This document shows, one piece after another, positions 27,681-38,841 of a stretch of 64,000 nt of DNA. The stretch is from Mizuhopecten yessoensis (taxonomy: Eukaryota), in contig NW_018408026.1 in NCBI RefSeq assembly GCF_002113885.1, positions 45,391 through 109,390 on the forward strand, written 5' to 3'. The number at the start of each line of letters is the position of its first letter. Positions within the stretch are counted from its first letter, which is position 1. The notes beneath the pieces were generated by a model. That model searched no databases. It was not told the DNA's origin and saw only the letters and a list, made by a program, of their open reading frames with translations. The position numbers were made by a program, and so were the translations under genes.

Positions 27681-29123
27681 GATAATCAGACAATATTACA
27701 AAATACTTGTCAAAATATACATTATGCAGGTTTTACTGTAAAAACTGTTACAGTAGATATAACTTTCTAGTATGTCTTAACAATATTATTGGGAATATAT
27801 AATGTCACAGAGCGTTCTCGTTAAAAATAAACATTCAAAACAACCACTTCACATAAATATTATAACAGTCACATTAACAAAGTTTGGGAGTTGAGGTGCT
27901 ACAAGGGCGTGCTTCACACAAATATACAACAAATTTTACAGGGATGAATATAGTCACAGTACTGTAGACAATTGTTCACTGCTGTTCATAACCTTTCAAT
28001 GTTGAAGATACATGTTCATATAAAAAAAGTTAATGACCTTATACATATAGCACTCTTAAGGATCTTTATACCACTGTCAAAAACAGTACTATTGGAAACT
28101 TTATTTTGCATGATTACAGCTTTGATAAATCATTTTGAAAACCATACCTTCCGGGACTTTAATGAGAAATAATAAAGATGAAATAAACGAAATATCATCA
28201 CCAACAGTGTGCCGAGTGTAAAAATTCAGTGGGGCTAGACTGGGTTTAGAACCCTGTGCTTAATATACAGAATAATATATACAGTAGTACTATCATTCTA
28301 ACCGATTACCCTACCTGGTGATAGGAGGTATCCTTGCCCAACTGTGCTAGTCACTTATGGGGAGGTTACTGTATATAGGAAAAAAGGAAAAACCACTGTG
28401 TAGTGGGACAGGTATCCTTAAGCTATGCATGTTTTACCAAATAATGTTATGGGCTTATAACGCAAATTGCTATTGTTGACAAACTTAATGAAGCTCAGTT
28501 GGACTTTACATTAGCTTATCAGCAATAGGATCACAATTCCATTTTTGTTTAAACATACATTATTTATATTTTACACTTTGGAATTGTTTTGTTTTATTTA
28601 GTAACTACATGCTTCTAGCACCAGTTTATGATCTAAGTAAGTTGTTAGAAATGCAAAGTCAGGGTCGTCGCAATCAGACCGATGGCATCACACAGCGGGC
28701 ACCAGACTAAATCCTGTTTTCCAAAAATAAACATAATCCATTCTTTTATGCATTTAATGCTAATGGAGGCAGAAGAGGAAATGTAAATATTAATGTATGT
28801 TCACCGTCTAATTGGGTATGACCATACCGTATTAAACACTTCGCAACAAATTTTATTTTGCAATTTTTCCTTTCCATAGTTGTCTTTAATTCTATTTTTG
28901 CAAACCATTTTATATTTGTCTTATTTATTATTTTACCAAGACTTATAACTGACAAAGGTATTTTAATTCCAAGGAATGTAGTGTTTTAATACAAATGATA
29001 TTTTTCAGGCTATAAATTATTCATACTGTCATTAAACAGTAGTTGATTGCATTAAAATGATTATAGACAAATACGCAAACATACCACTTCAAGCACACAT
29101 GCATACATTTCATAAATGGAGGC

Positions 29124-29203
29124 ACCCCTGAAATTTCATAATGAACTATTCAAACCTTTGAACTGGAAGAGTTCAAATGTGTCTTCAGGGGTGGATGAGT
29201 TAA
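29124..29203. mobile_element. Small MITE-like remnant
   Basis: CACCCCTGAA ... TTCAGGGGTG inverted pair, right end followed by GATGAGTTAA. Confidence 0.4.
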
Positions 29204-30378
29204 ATAACCTAAGATGTTAACATGACACTAAACCTAACCAACTAATCAAACAAAACCTTTTTTATTTTATTTTTTCAAATATGGAAGGCTATTTTTTTTT
29301 TATATAATCACACTAATTTGATCAGATGAAAATTGAATATAAAATGTTTTATTCTACAATGTACTTAAGCTACAGCCAAACACTGTTAATTTTCAACTCA
29401 CCAAGTTATTCAGTCGTTAATTACTAAAGGGACATAACTTTTAGTTATATAATCTTACAGAATATAAGCCAAGTAATAAGAACTAGGGAGCTAGGTCTAA
29501 AATATCAGCTTTGTAATACTGACAAGGGTAAGGAATAGTATTGATGGCCAAATATTTTTGTTAAAAAAATGATGAGTCCATTTAGATGGATTTATTTTTA
29601 ATTTCAAATAATAACTGTAGATTTGTGGCATTTTGAAATATAATTGACAAGTAAAAAAGTATTTAAATCGAGATTGATCAAGGGAGATAACACACATAAT
29701 GGCAAAAACAGTGAATTTCCCCATCAATTACATCAAGTCTTGTAGGACGTCCAAATTATATAATAATATTTCTAATTGTTGTAGACCAATCCTGTCGCTT
29801 TTTGTTGTCTAATTATTCAGATATAATTCAGACATGCTCATATTTGAATATAAACTTATTTTACCTGAATGTGCATTTCTCAACATTTTTCACTATTTCT
29901 GTGATTTTGGCATAATTTTGGTTGGTAAAGCATTGCCATTGGAGGAATCATTGATGATTGTCTTATTTAGTTATAGAAAAAAATGTACATTTCCCTAGCT
30001 TTGATAATTAGTCATTCATTTGCTTAACATTCAGAAATTTGGCCCAAAATTATATTTTTCTTGCCTAAATTAACATCATGATGAAAACATGAGACCACAT
30101 AAGTATACACTGTTCATGTATTTGACTTCGATGTAGGTTTTATATCCATTACAACCTTATTTGCTTAGAAGGAGCTCTATGTGGGAAATAAAAGTTACGC
30201 GAGGGAGCTGAACACTTTTGGTTACAAGTCCAAAGTATCCAGAAGCGGGCTTGCAGGGGTTTGGGGATATACAAGAAGGTTAGGTTGAGAAAATGTTTGA
30301 CACAAGTATGGAATGTTGTTGCTAGAGATGAGGAAGACAACAGATAGGGAGATATGGCCAAGGTCCAGGGGCACTACT

Positions 30379-30518
30379 TCACAGGATGCCTGACCGACTG
30401 CCCATCTCATTCCTGCTCGGCCCTCCACAACATTTCCTCTTCTGATTAGTGTCATTCAATTTAATAGAACTGGTATTCATTCTGGAGGTCAGCATATCCT
30501 CTGGAGGTAGCTGATGTG
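30379..30518 (-). CDS. RAB22A: Rab22/Rab31-family GTPase, last coding exon (hypervariable tail, CC motif)
   Basis: TTTTCAG acceptor, phase 1; (A)HQLPPEDMLTSRMNTSSIKLNDTNQKRKCCGGPSRNEMGSRSGIL*. Confidence 0.85.
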
Positions 30519-30870
30519 CTGAAAACGTATGCAGAGCAATCATTACGTGTGAAATGAAACACCTTTCTACGTTTAATTTCAAAACACCAATTAGTAACAG
30601 TAACATATTAACCAATGAAACTAGTGAGTTAAATATAGATAAATTTGTGGAAACATTATCTCATTGTACAATAATTCCCCTTTCGGTAAATGAAATTGAC
30701 TGTACATAGAGGTTTCAATGCTTTCCTCACTTGCCTGTTTGCTTTATTAATAAAGACTTTAACCTTTCTTGATATTTAAATGTCCTGTAGGTTTTACCTA
30801 TGTTTAGGTCTATTTGCCTATTTGCTAATTGAACCCCTCTTGATGTTTAAACTGTAAATGTAGGTCTCAC

Positions 30871-30963
30871 CTATTTTTATGAAGAGGTCTGGCACATTTA
30901 CCGCTGTCAAGGCACTCGTTTCTATAAAAATAGCATTCTTCTGTTGGGCGTAGTCTTGAACAT
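30871..30963 (-). CDS. RAB22A: Rab22/Rab31-family GTPase, exon 6 (G5 box)
   Basis: (D)VQDYAQQKNAIFIETSALTAVNVPDLFIKI; TTTTCAG acceptor, GTGAG donor. Confidence 0.92.
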
Positions 30964-31168
30964 CTGAAAATCAATACCAGGAACCATTTACAATTCTACA
31001 ACAATTCCTGACTCATTGTTTACAAGATATCACAATGTGTTACACTTATTGTTGTGATCAATACTGTCCTTTTTGACCTGTGTAAATCATGCATGTCTTT
31101 CAGATCTGTCAGAACCAAACCTTCCCCCTTGACTGGTTAGTAGTACACTGGGCTCGCTGACTATTGAC

Positions 31169-31790
31169 TAGTCAGCACCATGCCCTCCCAGTCAGCACTA
31201 TGCCCTCCCAGTCAGCACTGTGCCCTCCCAGTCAGCACCAGGGCCTCCCAGTCAGCACCAGGCCCTCCCAGTCAGCACTGCGCCCTCCCAGTCAGCACCA
31301 TGACCTCCCAGTCAGCACCATGCCAGCCCAGTCAGCACCATGCCCTCCCAGGCAGCACCATGCCCTCCCAGTCAGCACTGTGCCCTCCCAGTCAGCACCA
31401 TGCCCTCCCAGTCAGCACTGTGGCCTCCCAGTCAGCATTATGTCCTCCCAGTCAGCACTGTTCCCTCCCAGTCAGCACTGTTCCCTCCCAGTCAGCACCA
31501 TGCCCTCCCAGTCAGCACTGTGCCCTCCAAGTCAGCACCATGCCCTCCCAGTCAGCACCATGCCCTCCCAGTCAGCACTATGCCCTCCCAGTCAGCACTG
31601 TGCCCTCCAGGTCAGCACTGTGCCCTCCCAGTCAGCACTGTGCCCTCCCAGTCAGCACCATGCCCTCCCAGTCAGCACTGTGCCCTCCCAGTCAGCACTG
31701 TGCCCTCCGCGACAGCACCATGCCCTCTCAGTCAGCACTATGCCCTACCAGTCAACACCATGCCCTCTCAGTCAGCACCATGCCCTCCCA
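31169..31790. repeat. 20-bp minisatellite (GTCAGCAC[CA/TG]TGCCCTCCCA), about 31 copies, in Rab intron 5
   Basis: 20-nt periodicity visible directly. Confidence 0.97.
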
Positions 31791-31908
31791 TGTTATTATT
31801 GACCAAGCTTGTGCCTTCTTTTTTGGCACTAGGAAAAATTCTGTCATTTCCAACTGTTCACACAGTTCTATATCTACTTTCATGTTGACACTACGAGTAA
31901 ATACATAC

Positions 31909-32032
31909 CTTTGTAAGGTACCTCCCTAAGATCCTCAAGGTCACACTTATTACCAGCAATTGCTAACACTATGTCTTGCGCCGCATTCTTCCGTAATTCA
32001 CTGACCCACTCTTTCACAGCTCGGAATGTTTG
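31909..32032 (-). CDS. RAB22A: Rab22/Rab31-family GTPase, exon 5 (NKxD)
   Basis: QTFRAVKEWVSELRKNAAQDIVLAIAGNKCDLEDLREVPYK; donor GTATGT, phase 1. Confidence 0.92.
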
Positions 32033-32160
32033 CTGGTTGAAAACGGAATATAAATGACATGGTTATTTGATAACTGGTGTGACATATCCATTGGATGTAG
32101 TTAATAACTATGACACAGGGTTTTCGTTTCATTAATCATCTAAACTAAGTCTTTTCCTAA

Positions 32161-32487
32161 TTTAACAGGAGAAAGAGAAATGCAATGGCCAGACCAGGGT
32201 TCAAACCCGGGAACCTTCAAACTCTAGACCTTCGAGTGCTCTTCCAATTGAGCTACCTGGTTGTCAGTAATCGTCCCAGTCAGATCCTATACATTCCTAT
32301 CTCCTTTTTCTAAGTCTTCGCCCCTGAAGACACAACTATTTACAACTCAGGTTCAGATATCCCCTTGCTAAGCATTCAATCAGTGCTTGAAACAAGGTTT
32401 CGCAAGCTCACCTTCGAACTCTAAACAGACACTCTACCGATTGAGCTATCTGGTTGTCGAGGATGGACCCGGTCCAGTTCCACCACA
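32161..32487 (-). mobile_element. TRIM with tRNA-like LTRs, 2-LTR copy in Rab intron 4
   Basis: Two direct repeats starting TGT (32487, 32293) with A box TAGCTCAAT[C/T]GG; B box GGTTTGAACCC in the 3' LTR; PPT AAAAAGGAGATAGGAA; CTAA on both flanks (32157-32160, 32488-32491). Confidence 0.75.
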
Positions 32488-32842
32488 CTAATTTTCTCCA
32501 TAAGAAAATCATTATGAAATAAGGGAACAGGACCAGTGTACACTTTGACAAAAACCTAATTAACTTTTATGCTTTAATATATGAAAATGTCAATATTTTC
32601 TCACTGATGAAAGGCAAAATACTGATATGGTTTCTAAACTTCATATTTTGTATAAGAAAAAAAATGATAAAAATCTTAAAAAATGTAAATCTGATAATTT
32701 AGCACCACAGGTGATTGTATTTATCATTTTATTTTTTATTTTTATACCAAACAAACCAATAAGTATGACATGACCATATCTATAAACTTCCACTTTTAGT
32801 CCCTAAATTCAATATTTTAATATCGAATGCTGGAGCACTTAC

Positions 32843-32914
32843 CTCCCTTGTAATGTCATAGACCACAATGGCTGCTGCTGATCCTCTGTAATACATTGGT
32901 GCCAGTGCTCTGTA
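32843..32914 (-). CDS. RAB22A: Rab22/Rab31-family GTPase, exon 4
   Basis: YRALAPMYYRGSAAAIVVYDITRE, a Rab22-type signature. Confidence 0.93.
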
Positions 32915-33291
32915 CTGTCAACACAAAAACAATGCTACGTGAACATATGTACATATTGTATTTCATGAAAACAAGAGGCCATAGGGCTGAAACACATAGA
33001 ATTGTATACTCAATTAGCTGACATGAAAGATGTTGTAGTGAATTAGAGGCCAGACTTGAAAAGTGACATGGTTAATGACCATTAATTTTCCCAAATAAAC
33101 CATATTAGGAACAATATTCAAAAACTCTGGTTTTCATTATTCCCCATTAACACTAGTAAGGCAAGCTAATTAAAATTGGGGGTATTGAAATTACAATTCT
33201 TCATGCATTGTTTGTGAAAAATTTCACAACAAAATCAAGTATTATTTTTATAAGGGTTACCTCCCTTCCCTCACTAATGATAAGTACCCAC

Positions 33292-33373
33292 CTTTTCCTG
33301 TCCAGCTGTGTCCCAGATTTGGAAGGCATAGTGTTTGCCATCCACTTCTACTCGCTTGGTCATAAACGAGGCA
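33292..33373 (-). CDS. RAB22A: Rab22/Rab31-family GTPase, exon 3 (G3 box)
   Basis: ASFMTKRVEVDGKHYAFQIWDTAGQEK; AG/GT boundaries. Confidence 0.93.
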
Positions 33374-33981
33374 CTATAAGCATAAAGTGGATTCATAACG
33401 ACTTAAAAAAACAAAGGTAGTATGTAAAACAGATACCTGAATCTTTAGGAAATGCTTAAGATAGTTCTCCTTGGCTTTTTATTAAACAGTTTTTTGTCTA
33501 CATAATATAAAAAAAAAAAAATTGAAAATACTTGACAAACCATGCAATTTTAGATGCAGAAATATTAGCATGTATCAAAGCTTGGAATAGCTTGGCAAGT
33601 ACACACACACACATATTTATTTATGTTTAAGATCTGCCTCAAACCCTTTTTAACACACAATGTTTTTCTTTGAACCTGGCAATTATATTCACTGCTGGTT
33701 TACACACGATTTATTTATCTATAAATAACTATTATCCCATCTCCTTAACCAGGGTGCATAATAAGGAATTGCTGGTACAAATTTCCATGACATTTAAACC
33801 TGTTTTTTTTATAATAATTTGGTCATATATTGCAGAAAAAAATGAGTTAAAATAACAGTTGAGTATTATTGTTTACCAACCGCATTAGTTGCTAGAGTCA
33901 ATAGCTTACACTCAAGATTTAAGTAATAATTGTTTTAAAAGTATGGATATAGAGTGACACACAGGAGTGGTTAGACCTTAC

Positions 33982-34061
33982 CCTATGGTGCTCTCCAGAG
34001 CAGGTCGGAATTGATCTTTGACAAACCGCTGCACAATACTGGATTTCCCCACTGCAGCTTC
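33982..34061 (-). CDS. RAB22A: Rab22/Rab31-family GTPase, exon 2 (P-loop, switch I)
   Basis: EAAVGKSSIVQRFVKDQFRPALESTIG; AG/GT boundaries, phase 0/2. Confidence 0.92.
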
Positions 34062-35041
34062 CTGTAAATGTTCAACTCTTAATTTGAAAACTGAGCTCTT
34101 AAAACTCTTACATGTAAAGTTTATGCATTGTATACATGTACATCATAGTCAACTTATATAATTACTAGAATCGCCTACAGGGAATTTAAATCAGCATCAA
34201 CCCTCCCTCACTTTTACCAAAATGAACCCGTCTCCATTGAAACTTCCTTATTCAAGTCCAAATTCACACAAACTCAAAATCTACATTCTGTGGTCAAATG
34301 ATTTTTAGTCCAACACATTTCACACACTTTCTCCCTCATTGGAAATGTAGAATGAGGGAGTCTGCCTCATTGGAGGTTTCAGATGCTGATAACTACATTG
34401 TATGTTACCATTACCAGACAGACTTAGATACTCAAATTCCAGTATATTACACTGTACTGTACTTTGTTTCAGCTCGAGTGAATTCTTTTTAACTGACAGC
34501 AGTAGATCGCCCAGCTGGAAAGGCAGTGGTACGTGGCCTGTTTAATCTCAAGTGAATGAATATATTCTTTCAAGGATTACCTAATTCCTACCACACTTAA
34601 AATATTGTTTGAACTGTTGTAATCCTTATATATTTTAAGATTTCACAGATGGTAAATATGGTATTTGATAAGAATATTCTTTATGAAAATCAGGTGAAAA
34701 TAAGACACTTTGAGTGAGAAAAAGTTTAAAATCAACACATTTCATGTGAGTAGAATGTGTAACAGTACGACATCATAGTAAATGCTGACAAAGGTTTCAG
34801 GCTCAAGAGATCACATGACATTTTTTTTTTAAATGTAAGAATACCTGACTTAAATGTGAATATAGGAAGAAAAATAACTAATATATCAGTTCACTAGAGT
34901 AGATATATACACTCTCCTCTATGAATAAGTAACAGTCAATTGAATAAATACATGTAAATTAAGATGACATATTTAATTAAGAAACAGCTTAACAGGAAAT
35001 GATTTCTAAGTCTAAGATACAAAGATAAAGAAAACGCTTAC

Positions 35042-35077
35042 GCCCAGCAGGCATAGTTTCACTTCCCTCACTGCCAT
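35042..35077 (-). CDS. RAB22A: Rab22/Rab31-family small GTPase, coding exon 1
   Basis: MAVREVKLCLLG then GTAAGC donor; compare Rab22/31 MALRELKVCLLG. Confidence 0.88.
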
Positions 35078-35080
35078 AGC

Positions 35081-35280
35081 TTACGTCACCGGGGAGAGAA
35101 ATTCGCTCATAATAACTTGGAGATTCAGTAAAACATTATTCAAGTCAATACTTCCATAGATTTCTAACCACATTTGTCCTATGCTGAAGGTAACCACACG
35201 GGGTCCGCCATATTGATTCAAGTATGTTCTACACTTCAGATAGGTCACATGATCATCACGTGATTTTTACAAATGGCGGG
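35081..35280. promoter_or_regulatory. Rab22-like promoter region: CRE, two divergent YY1-type motifs, tandem E-boxes
   Basis: TTACGTCA 35081; CCGCCATATTG 35205; GTCACATGAT 35244; ATCACGTGAT 35255; CAAATGGCGG 35270. Confidence 0.55.
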
Positions 35281-36139
35281 AATTTCAAAGTGAATGCAGA
35301 AAATCAATAGCCTATAACTAGGCCTATCGCCTCCGTTTTTTTGAGGCAGATACCTTTGACCTAATGAGATAGACAAAAGAAGACATCTAGTGTAAGCATT
35401 GAAGACATTATAATGATAATAATAATATACTCAGGACATAAAAATAATAACAAATTAGATTAGATGTTTATAAGTCCGTGATAATATATAGAAAAAAAGT
35501 ATTATTGAACTTACCACAGGTTATTTCTGTGGGAAACGTCAATATTAACGGAGGAAGGTTATCAGATGAAGAAGTCGACTGGGCGGTGATTTTGGCAAAG
35601 CCTACTAAGGTAAAATATCGTGAAAGATGAAAGTTGTTCGGCTAATACAAACAATACTACAAGGATATTTATATTTTCATTGACCTAACATTGTTGACGT
35701 TTTGCTATTTTTTTTCTATTTTCAATGAGGATTTCATGAGGATAAGGAATTCGGAGAATATGTCATTTTGGGAAACGCGGTTAGCTTAGCTTTGAAGGAT
35801 GGAACACTTTAATCTGAGTGACCCTTTTACTGTATATGTTCATATTTAGGGGATACATGGCTGAACTAAAACAGTTCCGGAATTAGCTGCGTAGGAAGGT
35901 TCACTGCATTAGCGGAAGTTTTACAGCATGCAACCACACATCACCCGGACATTGCCGTTCAATACAGATCTTTAATTTGGTATTTCATGAAATAACAGGG
36001 AAGTAAATGTATCAACCAAAACTTCTTTCATATATATCATTGGGGGTGTCATGTTTACCGAAAGTCAATCTAAACCCCTAAAACATGCAAAATTACTCTT
36101 AACATCTTAGTTTAGGTCCAAATTTTGCTGTAACAAATT

Positions 36140-36437
36140 CTCAGGTCCCTGTGGCTGCGATCTGTTCGTGTTTGTCTCCATGTGATAGCGCGGAGCTGAT
36201 GCTGACTTTATAGTGATACCCCACTGAAACATACTGCCGAAGATACCCAGCAGGACACCCCACCCAGTCACATTATACTGACAACGGGCGAGCCAGTCGT
36301 CATACTCCTAAATTGCTGAGCGTTAAGCAGGAGTAGAAACTGCCATTTTTACAGACTCTGGTATGTCTCGGGCAGGGGATAGAACCCAAAGCCTTCCTCG
36401 CAGGGGCGAACGCTCAACTAAGGCCAAAAGTGAGGCA
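36140..36437 (-). mobile_element. tRNA-derived SINE (Meta-SINE-like body)
   Basis: Minus-strand head with A box TGGCCTTAGTTGAG and B box GGTTCTATCCC, then body GACTGGCTCGCCCGTTGTCAGTATAATGTGACTGGGTGG that I recognise as common in mollusc SINEs. Confidence 0.65.
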
Positions 36438-36770
36438 TGGTCAGGGGAGACAAGAGGAAGAAGAAAGTTGTTTAGAAAGAAGAGAAAAGATAAGATCCCA
36501 AATTTAGTCGCCTCTTACGATCATACACTGGGGGCAGCAGGTACAATTCTTACGCCCTTCCCGCAGGAACTCATTTGAAACACGCACAGTGGAGCATTAT
36601 TTTCCCGGCCACACGGAATTTTGAACTTCAAACATTTGTGTATGCCTCATCACATGTGTTAGTAATTTCTGTGTAGTATAATTCTGCAGTTTTCATGATT
36701 ATGTAACTAGAAGTGTTAATTTATGGCATTATGAATTCAAGTGTTAAACCGCAAGTACATTACAGAAAAT

Positions 36771-38688
36771 TGACAATAAATTATTAAACAAGATTTTAAC
36801 CCATTTACGTGTTGACAACTACCATTGTTTAAAAACAAGTAACCTAATGTTGTAATACGCACGTATGTCGTGTGACAGCTACATATGTGTGACCATAGAC
36901 AGCTACATCTGTGTGACAAAAGACAGCTACATCTGTGTGAACATAGACAACTACATCTGTGTGACCATAGACAGCTACATCTGTGTGACCATAGACATCT
37001 ACATATGTGTGACCATAGACAGCTACATCTGTGTGACTATAGACAGCTACATCTGTGTGACAATAGTCACACAGATGTAGCTGTCTATGGTCACTCAGAT
37101 GTAGCTGTCTATGTTCACACAAATGTAGCTGTCCAAGGTCACACAGATGTAGCTGTCTATGGTCACACAGCTACATCTGTGTGAACATAGACAACTACAT
37201 CTGTGTGGCCATAGACAGCTACATCTGTGTGACCATGGACAGCTGCATTTGTGTGAACATAGACAGCTACATCTGTGTGACAATAGACAACTACATCTGT
37301 GTGACCATAGACAGCTACATCTGGGTGACCATAGACAGCTACATCTGTGTGACAAAAGACAGCTTCATCTGTGTGAACATAGACAACTACATCTGTGTGG
37401 CCATAGACAGCTACATCTGTGTGACCATGGACAGCTACATTTGTGTGAACATAGACAGCTACATCTGAGTGACCATAGACAGCTACATCTGTGTGACTAT
37501 AGACAGCTACATCTGTGTGACAATAGTCACACAGATGTAGCTGTCTATGGTCACACAGATGGAGCTGTCTATGGTCACACAGATGTAGCTGTCTTTGGTC
37601 ACACAGATGTAGCTGTCTATGGTCACGCAGATGTAGCTGTCTATGGTCACACATATGTAACTGTCACACGACATACGTGCGTATTACAACATTAGGTTAC
37701 TTGTTTTTAAACAATGGTAGTTGTCAACACGTAAATGGGTTAAAATCTTGTTTAATAATTTATTGTCACACAAATGTAGCTGTCGATGGTCACACAGATG
37801 TAGCTGTCTATGGTCATACAGATGTAGCTGTCTATGGTCACAAAGATGTAGCAGTCTATGGTCACACAGATGTAGCTGTCTATTGTTACACAGATGTAGC
37901 TGTCTATGGTCACACAGATGGAGCTGTCTATGGTCACAAAGATGTAGCTGTCTATGGTCAAACAGATGTAGCTGTCTATGGTCACACAGATGGAGCTGTC
38001 TATGGTCACACAGATGTAGCTGTCTCTGGTCACACAGATGTAGCTGTCTATGGTCACAAAGATGTAGCAGTCTATGGTCACACAGATGTAGCTGTCTATT
38101 GTCACACAGATGGAGCTGTCTATGGTCACAAAGATGTAGCTGTCTATGGTCAAACAGATGTAGCTGTCTATGGTCACACAGATGGAGCTGTCTATGGTCA
38201 CAAATATGTAGCTGTCTATGGTCACACAGATGTAGCTGGCTATGTTCACACAAATGTAGCTGTCTATGGTTACACAGATGTAGCTGTCTATGGTCACCCA
38301 GATGTAGCTGTCTATGGTCACAAAGATGTAGCTGTCTATTGTCACACAGATGTAGCTGTCTGTGGTCACACAGATGTAGCTGTCTATGTTCACACAAATG
38401 CAGCTGTCCATGGTCACACAGATGTAGCTGTCTATGGCCACACAGATGTAGTTGTCTATGTTCACACAGATGTAGCTGTCTTTTGTCACACAGATGTAGC
38501 TGTCTATGGTCACACACATGTACCTGTCTATGGTCACACAGATGTAGCTGTCTAATGGTCACATAGACAACTACATCTGTGTGACCATAGACAGCTACAT
38601 CTTTGTGACCATAGACAGCTACATCTGTGTGACCATAGACAGCTACATCTGTGTGACTATAGACAGCTACATCTGTGTGACAATAGAC
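36771..38688. repeat. 24-bp satellite (GTGACCATAGACAGCTACATCTGT) with repeated orientation switches and an inverted duplication of flanking unique DNA
   Basis: Blocks alternate fwd/rev/fwd/rev/rev/fwd; 36771-36871 is the reverse complement of 37668-37768. Confidence 0.95.
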
Positions 38689-38735
38689 GAAGACACTAAC
38701 GAAATAAGGACAAAATACACGAAACTGAACCAAAG

Positions 38736-38841
38736 TGTAAATACAAACGGGATCGAGCATGGGCGACCAGGTAGCTCAGTTGGCAAGCGTCCTGTCTTGA
38801 GTTCCCGGGTTCGAGTCCCGGTCTGGCCCTTTCCTGTTACA
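38736..38841 (+). mobile_element. Solo LTR of the tRNA-LTR TRIM family
   Basis: ...GACCAGGTAGCTCAGTTGG...GGTTCGAGTCCCGGTCTGGCC...TCCTGTTACA; same core and 3' end as the 41.3-kb LTRs. Confidence 0.65.

Noticed and set aside
31164-31929. 182-249 aa Pro/Ser/Gln-rich ORFs
   Set aside because: Translations of the 20-bp intronic minisatellite, antisense to the Rab gene
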